Source: Eubacteriales bacterium (GTDB lineage: Bacteria; Bacillota; Clostridia; Oscillospirales; CAG-272). Taken from it: DNA of 64,000 bases. Below are positions 21,166 through 30,861 of this stretch, one piece after another. A program made the translations under genes and the position numbers. The notes beneath the pieces are model-generated. The model ran no database searches. It saw only the letters and a list, made by a program, of their open reading frames with translations, and was not told where the DNA came from. The stretch is taken from contig JAZNZB010000081.1 in assembly GCA_045594705.1 (NCBI GenBank), positions 2,932 to 66,931 on the forward strand, written 5' to 3'. The stretch's first letter is position 1. Every line of letters begins with the position of its first letter.

Positions 21166-21459
21166 CGCGCAGAAACCGATCGGATTCGCATTCTCCCCCC
21201 TGCGCCAAAGGCAGGCCGGCGCGCGTTTATCCCCCCTCCCGGAGGGGGGCTGTGAGTGTGACAAACGCTTATTGATATTCTTAACTTATCCGTTAACGGA
21301 CATTATTTGTTTGTTTTAGTATTGGGAATATATCCGTGAACAGTAAAGTTTCATTGAATCACGCTGCTTTTACAGCCCCCCTCCGGGAGGGGGGAATATT
21401 TGGTGCTGCCCTGTGCCAAGCACAGGGGGGAGAACGCGAATCCAAACGGTTTCTGCGCG
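21166..21459. mobile_element. Long imperfect inverted-repeat element (MITE/REPIN-like)
   Basis: CGCGCAGAAACCG...GGATTCGC.TTCTCCCCCCTG...GGAGGGGGGCTGT pairs with the mirror arm ending CGGTTTCTGCGCG; AT-rich spacer. Confidence 0.65.
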
Positions 21460-21497
21460 TTTCCCCTAATTTGTCAATCAAAATACTCAACAAAACA

Positions 21498-21527
21498 AGG
21501 CTGAGCCGCATGGCTCAGCCTATTTTT
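21498..21527. terminator. Intrinsic terminator for the minus-strand lipoprotein gene
   Basis: AGGCTGAGCC-gcat-GGCTCAGCCT flanked by A/T runs. Confidence 0.7.
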
Positions 21528-21531
21528 ATCG

Positions 21532-21852
21532 TCACTTCCCGTCTCTGCCGCGCATACCGCGTGCACGTCCGGGTGCGGTGGTAGTCGTTTCCTCGGTGGT
21601 CGCTGCAGTGGTATTGTCACCGCTGATGGCGTCACTGACGTCCTCAACCACACTATCCACGCTGTCCATCATACCTCCGCTCGTTTCGTCGGTGGTGGGA
21701 GCTTGCGTGGTCTGCTGTGCGGTCGTATTCTTGGTGGTCTCGCCACTTGTGTTGCTGCCGTCGTCACTCTCAGGACCTACACAGCCAACCAAAGCAGCCG
21801 TGATCAAACCCAGCACCAGCGCAAGAGTCAAAGCTTTACCGGTATATTTCAT
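21532..21852 (-). CDS. Small low-complexity lipoprotein
   Basis: MKYTGKALTLALVLGLITAALVGC lipobox; T/S/D-rich body; RBS GGAGG. Confidence 0.8.
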   Translation of the reverse strand: MKYTGKALTLALVLGLITAALVGCVGPESDDGSNTSGETTKNTTAQQTTQAPTTDETSGGMMDSVDSVVEDVSDAISGDNTTAATTEETTTTAPGRARGMRGRDGK

Positions 21853-22007
21853 TGCAATATTCCTCCGAATTTTTTGGGTCAGCATTATTATGCGCAAATA
21901 AAAAGCAATCCTTACATGGAAGATTCCGCCTTATTGACAAAAATCCGTCATTTATGTATAATAAAAATGAATACAGCGTAATTTTGAATATGCAAAGGAG
22001 GGCTGAG

Positions 22008-22904
22008 ATGAGAGTTCGTGTGTGTTTGGCACTGTTTTTGTCTCTTTTTTTATTGATCACGCCCGCGCATGCGGTACAGGCAAATAACGATTTTGCCCTG
22101 CAGCTTGTGCAGAACAACACTTGCCGGGCAGGTGAATCGGTCGAGCTCTCGCTGGTCTTACCCGAGACTGCGATCGCAGGCGGATTTGTGACGCTGGAAT
22201 ATGACCCGCTTTTATTCAGATTGACCGACGTATTCCTGACACAGGAAAATGACGCGCTGACCTTAACCTATCATAATCAAAATGGCAAGCTCAATCTTTT
22301 GCTGGATGCGGCACAAAACGTGGAGGTCTCGGGGCAGATCGTCACCCTGAAATTTCTGGTCAACGAGGAAATTCAGCCCGGCACGTATCCACTCATCTGT
22401 ACCGTACCCGATCCCGCATCCTTTTATCGGCTTGACGAGAATGGCGACACGCACGCGCTTGACATTTTGGGCTGTGAGGCACAGATCGAGATCAGTGCTC
22501 CCGTGCTTCCCGCCTGCCCCGCACGCTACCTTGCCTGCCAGGAGACTAATCCGGCAGACGGAACCATCAAGGTCCGCCTTTGTGCATTGGTAGACGCAGA
22601 GACCTCACTTTCGCGCGGCTCGTACGGCTTTACCTGTACCGTGACCGACCAAGACGGAACGCGCGAGCTGACGCTTGGCGGCTCTGAGATTTTGACAGAA
22701 ATCGAGGGAGGCGGAAAGCTCTATACCGCGCAAAGCCTTGGCGGCCAGCTCTATACCGCCACGCTGCAGGTCCGTTCCCAAGGAAATGCGCAAATCACAA
22801 TCGCTCCTTTTGTGCGCGTGGACGGGCAGACACTGTACGGCGGTGCTTATACCGTATTTTATCAAAACGGCGTTTACGTGCGGACCGAAACCGGAAATTC
22901 CTGA
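22008..22904 (+). CDS. Secreted protein with an N-terminal cohesin-like beta-sandwich
   Basis: Signal peptide ending AHA; AGESVELSL...GGFVTLEYDP..F...IVTLKF.V pattern typical of cohesin-like domains. Confidence 0.55.
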   Translation: MRVRVCLALFLSLFLLITPAHAVQANNDFALQLVQNNTCRAGESVELSLVLPETAIAGGFVTLEYDPLLFRLTDVFLTQENDALTLTYHNQNGKLNLLLDAAQNVEVSGQIVTLKFLVNEEIQPGTYPLICTVPDPASFYRLDENGDTHALDILGCEAQIEISAPVLPACPARYLACQETNPADGTIKVRLCALVDAETSLSRGSYGFTCTVTDQDGTRELTLGGSEILTEIEGGGKLYTAQSLGGQLYTATLQVRSQGNAQITIAPFVRVDGQTLYGGAYTVFYQNGVYVRTETGNS

Positions 22905-23011
22905 CATATTTTTTGAATTCGGGCAAAAATTGGTATAAGTCTGTTGACAATTCACTGAAAATAGTATAAAATGATAATTGTCCAAATATTTTTGTAAAGG
23001 AGATTACTACC

Positions 23012-23869
23012 ATGAAGAAATTACTGGCTCTGGTTCTTTCCATGCTGCTGGTTGCTTCCTGCTTTGCTATGATGGCTTATGCAGAAGAGGAAACCACTAC
23101 TGCTGCTGAAGAGACCACCGTTGCTGCTGAAGGAGAAGAAACCACCGAAGGCGAAGCTCCCTCCTACTCCAACACCCTGCTCGTTTTCAATGATGACGCA
23201 AAGGATATGAAGATCCTGACCTCTCCCAACGGCATTAACAAGACTTACTTTAAGTCCGAATGGGAAGGCGCAAGACTCAAGATCACCAAGCCCGATGACC
23301 CCTACGTACAGATCACTTGGTCTCAGTACATCAGAAAGGCTGATCTGGAGCAGCTCGACTCCCAGTCCTATCCCTTTGTCGTATTCAAGCTCAAGGTAGT
23401 TGGCTACATTGACGATATCGAGCTCTTCTACTGTGCAGGTGATGTTACCGCTGCTACCGGCGGTTATTCCACCACCACGGATTTCCCCGGCATGTACGAC
23501 GGCTCTGTTGAGTACATCATCTACGACCTGACCGGCGACTGCGAGGGTATTTACAACGTATTCAGATTCGACCCCATGGGCGCAGACGAGGATACCGAGA
23601 TCTATCTGTATGAGATGGCATTCTTCGCAACCGAGGACGAGGCGATCAAGTACGCAGGTCTTGATCAGGTAACCGAGCCCGAAGAGAGCGAGACCGAATC
23701 TGCAGAGGTAACTACCGAGGAAAAGACCGAGGCTCCCACCACCGAGGCTGCTTCCAGACCCGAAAGAGGCGAGAAGGAAGAGGAAAAGGGCTGCGGCGGT
23801 ATCATCAGCGTTGGCGCACTCGTCGCTATGATCTCTCTTGGTGTTGTTTGCATCAAGAAGAAGGACTGA
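23012..23869 (+). CDS. Secreted protein with one CBM-like 'DPY' domain and a C-terminal GC-TM-KKK motif
   Basis: Signal peptide ending AYA, E/T-rich linkers, ends KGCGGIISVGALVAMISLGVVCIKKKD. Confidence 0.8.
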   Translation: MKKLLALVLSMLLVASCFAMMAYAEEETTTAAEETTVAAEGEETTEGEAPSYSNTLLVFNDDAKDMKILTSPNGINKTYFKSEWEGARLKITKPDDPYVQITWSQYIRKADLEQLDSQSYPFVVFKLKVVGYIDDIELFYCAGDVTAATGGYSTTTDFPGMYDGSVEYIIYDLTGDCEGIYNVFRFDPMGADEDTEIYLYEMAFFATEDEAIKYAGLDQVTEPEESETESAEVTTEEKTEAPTTEAASRPERGEKEEEKGCGGIISVGALVAMISLGVVCIKKKD

Positions 23870-23900
23870 TCTTTGTTGATTTGAATTAGTTTTCACATTT

Positions 23901-23934
23901 TGCCCGCATATCCGAACGGATATGCGGGCATTTT
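23901..23934 (+). terminator. Intrinsic terminator
   Basis: TGCCCGCATATCCG-aa-CGGATATGCGGGCA-TTTT. Confidence 0.75.
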
Positions 23935-24072
23935 GTATTGTTTTCTCTGCTTCAATTTGTGCAATGCACCAAAAAATGAGGTGAATGCAAAAAAGTGCCT
24001 TTTTTCCCTTTGCATGCAAAAAGTTTTATTGTATAATATAAATTGAATAAATGTCTGCAGAAGGAGCTTGAT

Positions 24073-26229
24073 ATGAAAAAATCCTTTTACATAAAATATT
24101 TGTTCCGTGCATTTGCGTGTTTGGTGCTTCTCTGTCTTGCATTCGGAATGGGCGTGCATGCCGATTCGGTACGCGAATACGGTGTGACTTTGGACGATCC
24201 CGTAAGCATGACTGCAACAAACGGACCCATCGTGCTCAATGGATACGATCAGGGCACAGAGCCGGAATTGGTGCTGGCGGGTTGGATCAAGACGGACCTT
24301 GTCATGCAACGCTACGAGTACACATTGGACGGCGGGAAAACCTGGATCGAGGTCAAGAACGCAATCAAAGAGCGTCCCGATACCAAGCACTTTTGCCCCA
24401 CAACCTGGAGCACTGCGGGATATCACATTGAAATTGACGTTTCCTCTCTGCCTCGCGGCGCACACGATATATTCGTACGTGGCTATACCGAGTCGGGTGA
24501 CGAGCTGAGCGTGCTTGCCATGCTGGACGTTCTGATCGGAGATGCGGATACCGTTACGACCAATTATCTGAAGGTCAATCTCGATGCCTATGGGGCAAAG
24601 AACGGTGCATTGCCGCTGGCGGCAGGAGAGACACTTTTGCTGGACGCTTACAATTTCAATGAATTCGGACGCACTGAGATCCTCCTTGACAGTGCCGCAT
24701 CGCTGACCTTTGGCTCGCAAGACACTCCTGATCCAAAAAGATTTTCACTGACCGAGACAGCAGCCAAGACCGAGCAGGGCTACCTTGTCACATTTGATCT
24801 TGACAGCGTTTCGTTTGCCGGAGCTGTTCAACTCAGCACGGATGCCGACGTGCAAATTCTGGACATCCTCTTTTATTACAACACACCGGACTATTATACA
24901 GGAGATCTCAAGCTCCATATGACCGCCTTGGCATATGATTATCTGAGCGGTGCAAATTATGCCGACGCCATGCTTCTTGCAGACGATACCGTGGGCACTT
25001 ACACGACTCTTTATCCCACGGGTGACACCAATGACCCCTTTATTTATTTTGAGATCGGCAAGTACTTATCAGATACGCAAGGACGCGTGATCAGCGCAGA
25101 CCATTACCGCTATGCCGTGATCACACTGCAAACACCCGCAACCAACTCAAACGGCCTTTTCCGCCTGTTTTTGTGTGCGGGTGCGATCCGAGGTCCTTCG
25201 GGAGACAGCCACGTTGCATTCCAGCCCATCAACGACGGAAAATGGCGCACGTACGTCATTCCGCTTTTGGAGGAAAACGACTGGACAGGCAAGATCTACG
25301 GGGTCAGACTGGATTTCATAGATGCAAACGCCGTGCCTTCGGACTATGCCAATATTGCCTCGATCGGCCTTTATCCCGATCTTGAAAGTGCACAGGCTGC
25401 AGCCAATGCACCCTTGGAGATTTATCACGAAAACGGTGCTGCACCGAACGATCAATACAAGGAGGAAGGTCGCGCACCCTCGGGCAGAGCTGATGCCATT
25501 ACCTGGTTTGACCAAAGTCTTGCGCCTTGCTTTGGCGGAGAAAATCAAACCTCCATCAGCTTTGATTCATACGGACACGTGATGCTTACGGCCACCGAGG
25601 CCACCAACGACCCCTATATCAGCTTTGATCTGCAAACCTACGCAGCACTGAGCGGCACACAGCCCCTGTCCGCCGATCAGAATCAGGTCATTGTGCTGCG
25701 CGTGCTGGGTGACAAGCGGATCGTCGGAAAAAATTTTATACTCTACTATTATTCCGGCGGTTTCAATTACGCCGAGGGAACACGCACGGCTGCGGCGGAA
25801 TTTCAAGGCGGAAATTGGGAGTATTTGGTTTACGATATGAGCGATAAGCCTTATTGGACAGATCAGATTTTGGGCATGCGACTGGATTTTGCAACACAGA
25901 TCAGTGCCAATCAAAGCGTTTGCCTTTCGGATATTCTGTTCTTTGCGGATATGGAGGACTGGCTTGCATACGCTGCCGAGCACGGAATCAGCACGGGCTC
26001 TACGGTCGATACCGCCGCTCCCGAGACAACCGAGCCCGAAACAGAGCGTCCCTCCATTGAGATTCCTTCAAAGGGCCCGGGGCTGGAATACGTTCCGCCC
26101 GAATCAGAAGAAAACGGAGAAAATCAAGGTTGTAAGAGTCTGATTTCAGGTTACGCATTCTTCCTTCTCTTCCCCGTGTATTTTGTTTTAAGCTACAATA
26201 ATAAATCCAAAAAAGGAGACAGATCATGA
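24073..26229 (+). CDS. Secreted multidomain protein (Ig-like domain plus two 'DPY' domains) with a C-terminal GC-TM-basic motif
   Basis: Signal peptide ending VHA; internal repeat NDP[FY]I.F...W..Y...W...I.G.RLDF; ends GCKSLISGYAFFLLFPVYFVLSYNNKSKK. Confidence 0.8.
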   Translation: MKKSFYIKYLFRAFACLVLLCLAFGMGVHADSVREYGVTLDDPVSMTATNGPIVLNGYDQGTEPELVLAGWIKTDLVMQRYEYTLDGGKTWIEVKNAIKERPDTKHFCPTTWSTAGYHIEIDVSSLPRGAHDIFVRGYTESGDELSVLAMLDVLIGDADTVTTNYLKVNLDAYGAKNGALPLAAGETLLLDAYNFNEFGRTEILLDSAASLTFGSQDTPDPKRFSLTETAAKTEQGYLVTFDLDSVSFAGAVQLSTDADVQILDILFYYNTPDYYTGDLKLHMTALAYDYLSGANYADAMLLADDTVGTYTTLYPTGDTNDPFIYFEIGKYLSDTQGRVISADHYRYAVITLQTPATNSNGLFRLFLCAGAIRGPSGDSHVAFQPINDGKWRTYVIPLLEENDWTGKIYGVRLDFIDANAVPSDYANIASIGLYPDLESAQAAANAPLEIYHENGAAPNDQYKEEGRAPSGRADAITWFDQSLAPCFGGENQTSISFDSYGHVMLTATEATNDPYISFDLQTYAALSGTQPLSADQNQVIVLRVLGDKRIVGKNFILYYYSGGFNYAEGTRTAAAEFQGGNWEYLVYDMSDKPYWTDQILGMRLDFATQISANQSVCLSDILFFADMEDWLAYAAEHGISTGSTVDTAAPETTEPETERPSIEIPSKGPGLEYVPPESEENGENQGCKSLISGYAFFLLFPVYFVLSYNNKSKKGDRS

Positions 26230-28691
26230 AACGTATGCTCAGAATTTTGGTATGTCTGACGCTTTGCCTTGCTCTGGCAATGCCTTTGACACTCGTGACC
26301 TATGCCGAGGAATCGACCTCTGCCGTCGGTACACTTGAGGGTGAGGTTGGCAGAGAGAGTGAAGAGATCACGCTTGCCGACGGAACCAAAACCGGCGTCA
26401 CGGTTGAAACCATCACACTGGACGGCACGTACGGCAAAAAAGAGGTCGTTGTGGCAACGGCCAACCTTGCAAACACCAATCTTTCCGTTGAGGTCCTGAA
26501 CTGCGGTGATTACATGGTCTCCGCCACCACGATGATCAAGTCGGCAGAAAAATACAATGCCGAGCACGAGGGTCAGACCGTGCTGGCTGCCGTGAACGGT
26601 GACCTTTGGATGACTTCCGTGCACAGTAACTCTGCAGTCACCACCAAGGTACTCAAGGTACCGCGCGGCTTTACCATGATCGACGGTGAGATCTGGGCAA
26701 CCCAGCAGATCGGTATGGAAAACTACGTGGCAACCAACGGCGAAAAGGGTACGACCAGCCCCGATAAGGCGGCCTTTGGTATCACCTCATCCAATCAGCC
26801 TCTGGTGGGTACTCCCGTCGTGGACATCACGGTCAAGAACGAGAGTAAGGATTTCTCCACCACGGCCGACGGCATCAACCGTCTGCCCGCATGGAACTCT
26901 CTGATCGTTTACAATTACCGTTGCAATGACACCAACTATGCCCTTTCCGACTCTTACGAGATTGAGATCGAGGTCGAATCCTCTGCCTTTACGCTGAACG
27001 GCAAGGTCAGCGGTACGGTTAAAGCCATTTACCCCGCAGATTCCTCTACCCGTCCGACCTTTGGCAAAAATTCCGTGGTGCTGACCGCGCGCGGCTCGGC
27101 ACAAAGCAAGCTCAAGGATCATTTTTCGGTTGGCGATACCGTTTCCTTTGATCTGACTCTGACCGACAAGCTTGGCAACACCGAGCTCTGGCAGACCGTA
27201 CAGGATGCCATCGGCGGCCACATGATCGTGCTTAACGACGGTAAGATCCACACCGCCAACGGTGACGGCTCGGAATACCCTACCACCTTGATTGGCTATA
27301 AGCAGGACGGCACTGTCATGATGCTGACCGTCAACTCCCAGACCGCAGGCAAATATGCGGGTCTGAAATTCTCTCAGGGCATCAAATTCTGCTCCGAGCT
27401 TGGCTATAACAGCGTATTTTACATGGACGGCGGCGGTTCAGCCACCTTTGTGACCATGGAAGAGGGCGAGAGCGGCACAACCTACATAGCAAGAAATAAC
27501 TGTGCCGACCCGATCAAGGACGATGCAGGCAACGTCATCGGCGGCACACCCAGAAGCGTCATCAACGGCGTGGGCTTTGTCTGGAACACCACTCCCGTAT
27601 GCGACGCGCAGGGCTCGCTGGATTACATCGAGTATCCCCTCTTTGACTACAGTCAGATCTCCTGCGAGTACGTTTGCGGTGAGCTGATGGCAGAATTCAT
27701 GGGCGGCCACAACGCCGTGGACACCTATTACGACAAGGAGCAGGGCGGCCTTGTCATCGAGCTGAACGCCAACAGCAACGACCCCTACGCAGCCTTTGAT
27801 ATGACCTCGCTTTCCCAGGTCAACGCAGATGAATACAAATACATCGTCTTATGCGCAAAGACCAACAGAGACAGCGTCAATACCAGTACCTCGGCCATCT
27901 TCTACGCTTGCGGCAATACCATGGGTGCTGTGGGCGGTCAGACCGTTCGGTATGAGATCCCCAAGGGTGACGAATGGAGCTACCACATCATTGATATGAG
28001 CAAAAAGCCCGGCTGGTCGGGTAAGATCAACAACCTGCGCTTTGACATTTTTGACGGCCCAACCGTACAAAAAGGTTTGAGCGTTACCTTCTCTATGATC
28101 GCCTTTGCAAAAACCGCGGAGGATGCACAAAAGCTGACCGAGGGCTACGTACCCGAGGGATGCATTGCCGATTTCGGTGCTTTCAAGCAGACCCTGCTTG
28201 ACGTACTCGATGCGAAAAAGCAAGTGAGCGCGCTCCTTTCCGACGCGCAAGCAGCTGCGAGCGATGCATCTGCCGCACTGACTGCCGTACAGGACATTGC
28301 GGCAAAGAATGAGCAGACGACCGTGCTCTACCAAGAGGCAGAGGCACTGTTGGCAAAGGTCAACGGCTCGCTGGAGTCGCTCAAAGCCACCAATGCTTCG
28401 ATTCAGGCACTCAAGGATGAGACCGATGAAGCAGCCTCCTTGGTTGAGCAAGCAAAAGCAACACTGACCGCTCTGCAGGCGGACGCATCCGCACTGACAG
28501 ACAAGATTGCTGAGCTTGTGACAGCAAGCGAACAGACCGAAGCTCCCCAGACCACCGAGCCGGGGACCCAAGCTCCCGAAACCGAGACGGAGGCCGAGAA
28601 ATCCACGGGCTGCAAGAGCATCATGCTTGCAGGCTCTACCCTGCTCTTGCTTGCAGGCTGCGCTTTGGTTTTGAAAAAAAAGCGTGATTGA
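26226..28691 (+). CDS. Phosphodiester glycosidase (NAGPA/DUF2233) family secreted protein with a 'DPY' domain, helical stalk and GC-TM-KKKR tail
   Basis: AAVNGD, P.T.IG, MDGGGSAT and PRSVING motifs. Confidence 0.82.
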   Translation: MKRMLRILVCLTLCLALAMPLTLVTYAEESTSAVGTLEGEVGRESEEITLADGTKTGVTVETITLDGTYGKKEVVVATANLANTNLSVEVLNCGDYMVSATTMIKSAEKYNAEHEGQTVLAAVNGDLWMTSVHSNSAVTTKVLKVPRGFTMIDGEIWATQQIGMENYVATNGEKGTTSPDKAAFGITSSNQPLVGTPVVDITVKNESKDFSTTADGINRLPAWNSLIVYNYRCNDTNYALSDSYEIEIEVESSAFTLNGKVSGTVKAIYPADSSTRPTFGKNSVVLTARGSAQSKLKDHFSVGDTVSFDLTLTDKLGNTELWQTVQDAIGGHMIVLNDGKIHTANGDGSEYPTTLIGYKQDGTVMMLTVNSQTAGKYAGLKFSQGIKFCSELGYNSVFYMDGGGSATFVTMEEGESGTTYIARNNCADPIKDDAGNVIGGTPRSVINGVGFVWNTTPVCDAQGSLDYIEYPLFDYSQISCEYVCGELMAEFMGGHNAVDTYYDKEQGGLVIELNANSNDPYAAFDMTSLSQVNADEYKYIVLCAKTNRDSVNTSTSAIFYACGNTMGAVGGQTVRYEIPKGDEWSYHIIDMSKKPGWSGKINNLRFDIFDGPTVQKGLSVTFSMIAFAKTAEDAQKLTEGYVPEGCIADFGAFKQTLLDVLDAKKQVSALLSDAQAAASDASAALTAVQDIAAKNEQTTVLYQEAEALLAKVNGSLESLKATNASIQALKDETDEAASLVEQAKATLTALQADASALTDKIAELVTASEQTEAPQTTEPGTQAPETETEAEKSTGCKSIMLAGSTLLLLAGCALVLKKKRD

Positions 28692-28692
28692 T

Positions 28693-28947
28693 ATGAGAAA
28701 ATATATGACAGCTTACATTGCTTTCTTGCTGCTTCTCTGCTTTGTCGCTTGTATGCCGGAGCTGCCCGAGCTGCCGCAAGGACAAGAGACAACCAAACAG
28801 ACTGAACGGGAGTCCGAGCCGGTAACTGAACAGCAGACCGACACAGAGACGATCGAAAAAGAAACAGAACAAGAAACGCAACAAGAAACCACCGGTGAAG
28901 AGACCACCTACGGCCCGCTTCACTTCCCCGAGGAAACGGGTGAATAA
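28693..28947 (+). CDS. Small E/T/Q-rich lipoprotein
   Basis: Lipobox FVAC followed by a low-complexity acidic body and YGPLHFP. Confidence 0.65.
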   Translation: MRKYMTAYIAFLLLLCFVACMPELPELPQGQETTKQTERESEPVTEQQTDTETIEKETEQETQQETTGEETTYGPLHFPEETGE

Positions 28948-28971
28948 GAATAGTGGAAAAATCCGCATAAG

Positions 28972-29004
28972 ACAAGGACTGTATCGCGTAGATACAGTCC
29001 TTGT
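28972..29004. terminator. Bidirectional terminator
   Basis: ACAAGGACTGTATC-gcgta-GATACAGTCCTTGT. Confidence 0.75.
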
Positions 29005-29034
29005 TGTTTATTTTTGCCGATTTCCACGTAAAAA

Positions 29035-29937
29035 TCAATGATAAAATTCATGATTTCCGATGCGGAAGGCATATTTACGGTGATTCTGGATCCAGGATGA
29101 GGTGGCAATGGACGGATTGACAAAATACAAGACGGAATTTGACAAGGTATAGCCGTCCAGACACATTTTTGCCGCTACAACGGCAGAATTGGTGGGGGTA
29201 TTGTAAACCGTTCCGTTGGCTACGGGCGTGAACTGCGTACCGTATTTTCGATCAAATACCACACCCTTGACAGTATTCGGGAATTCCCTTGAGCGCACTC
29301 GGTTAAGCACCACCGTGCCCACACCGATCTGCCCCGTAAAGCTCTCGCCCTTTGCCTCGGCTGAGATGATACGAGCAAGCCAATACAGATCCTCATAATC
29401 ATACGCGCTGTCCGCCTTGACCATCTTTTTTGCCTGTGCATAGGTTACGTTCCATCCGCTCACAGGCTTCGACGTGCCGCCGGTCGTACTTTCCGACGGC
29501 TTTTGTGTGCTTTGCGGTGGCTTGGTCGTACCCTGTGTCGTTGGCCTTTGCGTGCTTTGTTCAGGCGGCCTTGTCGTTTGGGTGGGCTTTTGCGTGGTCT
29601 CGGGTGCCGTGGTTTCTTGCTGTGTGATCTCGCTCTCAACCTGCTCGGGCGGGGTTGCCTCGGGCAGATCAATTGTGACGTCGGTAAACAAACACGTCGT
29701 CTCTTCCCGATCCTCTTCCGCATCCTCCTGTGTGAGAATTTCCGGTATGTATATCATATCCTCGGGTACAATCGGATCAATTCTTTGAAAATTCCATTCT
29801 CCGGCCTCTCTCCCTTCTATCATATCCTTTGCGGTACATCCGCTGTATATCACCGCCGTGATCGCTACCGCGCCGCACACGAGAAACGTGTACTTTGATC
29901 GCAGCAGAGCGCGACATATTCGTTTGAAAAATTTCAT
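29035..29937 (-). CDS. Cell wall hydrolase, SleB/Hydrolase_2 family
   Basis: LARIISAEAKGE...VVLNRVRS..FPNTV..V...QF.PV.NG...IGNH.F; N-terminal hydrophobic segment and T/P/Q linker. Confidence 0.9.
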   Translation of the reverse strand: MKFFKRICRALLRSKYTFLVCGAVAITAVIYSGCTAKDMIEGREAGEWNFQRIDPIVPEDMIYIPEILTQEDAEEDREETTCLFTDVTIDLPEATPPEQVESEITQQETTAPETTQKPTQTTRPPEQSTQRPTTQGTTKPPQSTQKPSESTTGGTSKPVSGWNVTYAQAKKMVKADSAYDYEDLYWLARIISAEAKGESFTGQIGVGTVVLNRVRSREFPNTVKGVVFDRKYGTQFTPVANGTVYNTPTNSAVVAAKMCLDGYTLSNSVLYFVNPSIATSSWIQNHRKYAFRIGNHEFYH

Positions 29938-30211
29938 ATTCCGTGTCCTTTCCGAAAAATTTCCGATGCTGACGCGGCCTTGGGAGTCGATAGAAATATT
30001 GTAACAGAAAACACTTGTCGGCGCAAGGAACAATATTTGGAAATGACAAACTTCAATGCTTACAGGGGACGGAAAGAAAAATCTTGTAAAGTTTTTGTGC
30101 TGTGCCTAAAAGCACTTGCAAACCACTATATTTTGTGGTATAATTAAAGTTGGATTAATATGGATAGGTATACTCATTTTTACTGCCTATCATCGAACAG
30201 GAGTTCTGTAT

Positions 30212-30820
30212 ATGCAAGTCATTTTAGCATCCAAATCGCCCAGACGCAAGGAGATCCTTGAAACACTCGGCATTTCCTTTATCATATTGACCGCCGACAC
30301 CGACGAAAAAAGCGATCAGAAAGACCCCGCGCTGCTTGTAGAGCAGCTTTCCCTGCAAAAGGCACAGGACGTGCAAAATATGCTTGACTCGCAGGACAAG
30401 CTTTTACCCGACACGCTGATCATTGCTTCGGATACGGTGGTCTCATTGAACGGTGAGATTTTGGGCAAACCCAAGGATCGCGAAGACGCACGACGCATGA
30501 TCAAAGGCTTACAGAATACCACACATCACGTGCTCTCGGGTATTGCGCTTTGTTATATTGATGCAGAGGGTAACAGAAAGGGTGCGTTTTCGCACGCCTC
30601 AACCGCCGTGCACTTCGGGCCTATGAGTGACGCGGATATTGAGCTTTATCTTGATTCGGGAGAGCCCTTTGACAAAGCAGGCGCATACGCCATTCAAGGT
30701 CTTGCAGGCAGATGGATTACAGGCATTGAGGGTGATTACTTCAACGTGGTCGGCCTGCCCGTCAACGTCATGTGCGACCTGGCACAATCGGCGTTGGGAA
30801 TTGATTTATTGAGATTATAA
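30212..30820 (+). CDS. maf: Maf nucleoside triphosphate pyrophosphatase
   Basis: ILASKSPRR, DTVV, GKP, DKAGAYAIQG, NVVGLP. Confidence 0.95.
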   Translation: MQVILASKSPRRKEILETLGISFIILTADTDEKSDQKDPALLVEQLSLQKAQDVQNMLDSQDKLLPDTLIIASDTVVSLNGEILGKPKDREDARRMIKGLQNTTHHVLSGIALCYIDAEGNRKGAFSHASTAVHFGPMSDADIELYLDSGEPFDKAGAYAIQGLAGRWITGIEGDYFNVVGLPVNVMCDLAQSALGIDLLRL

Positions 30821-30861
30821 AGACATTATGTAGGAGAGTTTTACAGAAAGGAGGGAGAGCT

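Noticed and set aside
29938..30110. Possible c-di-AMP or c-di-GMP riboswitch upstream of the SleB-like hydrolase
   Set aside because: No recognisable aptamer motifs; a promoter-like TTGCGC-N17-TACAAT leaves only a short leader.
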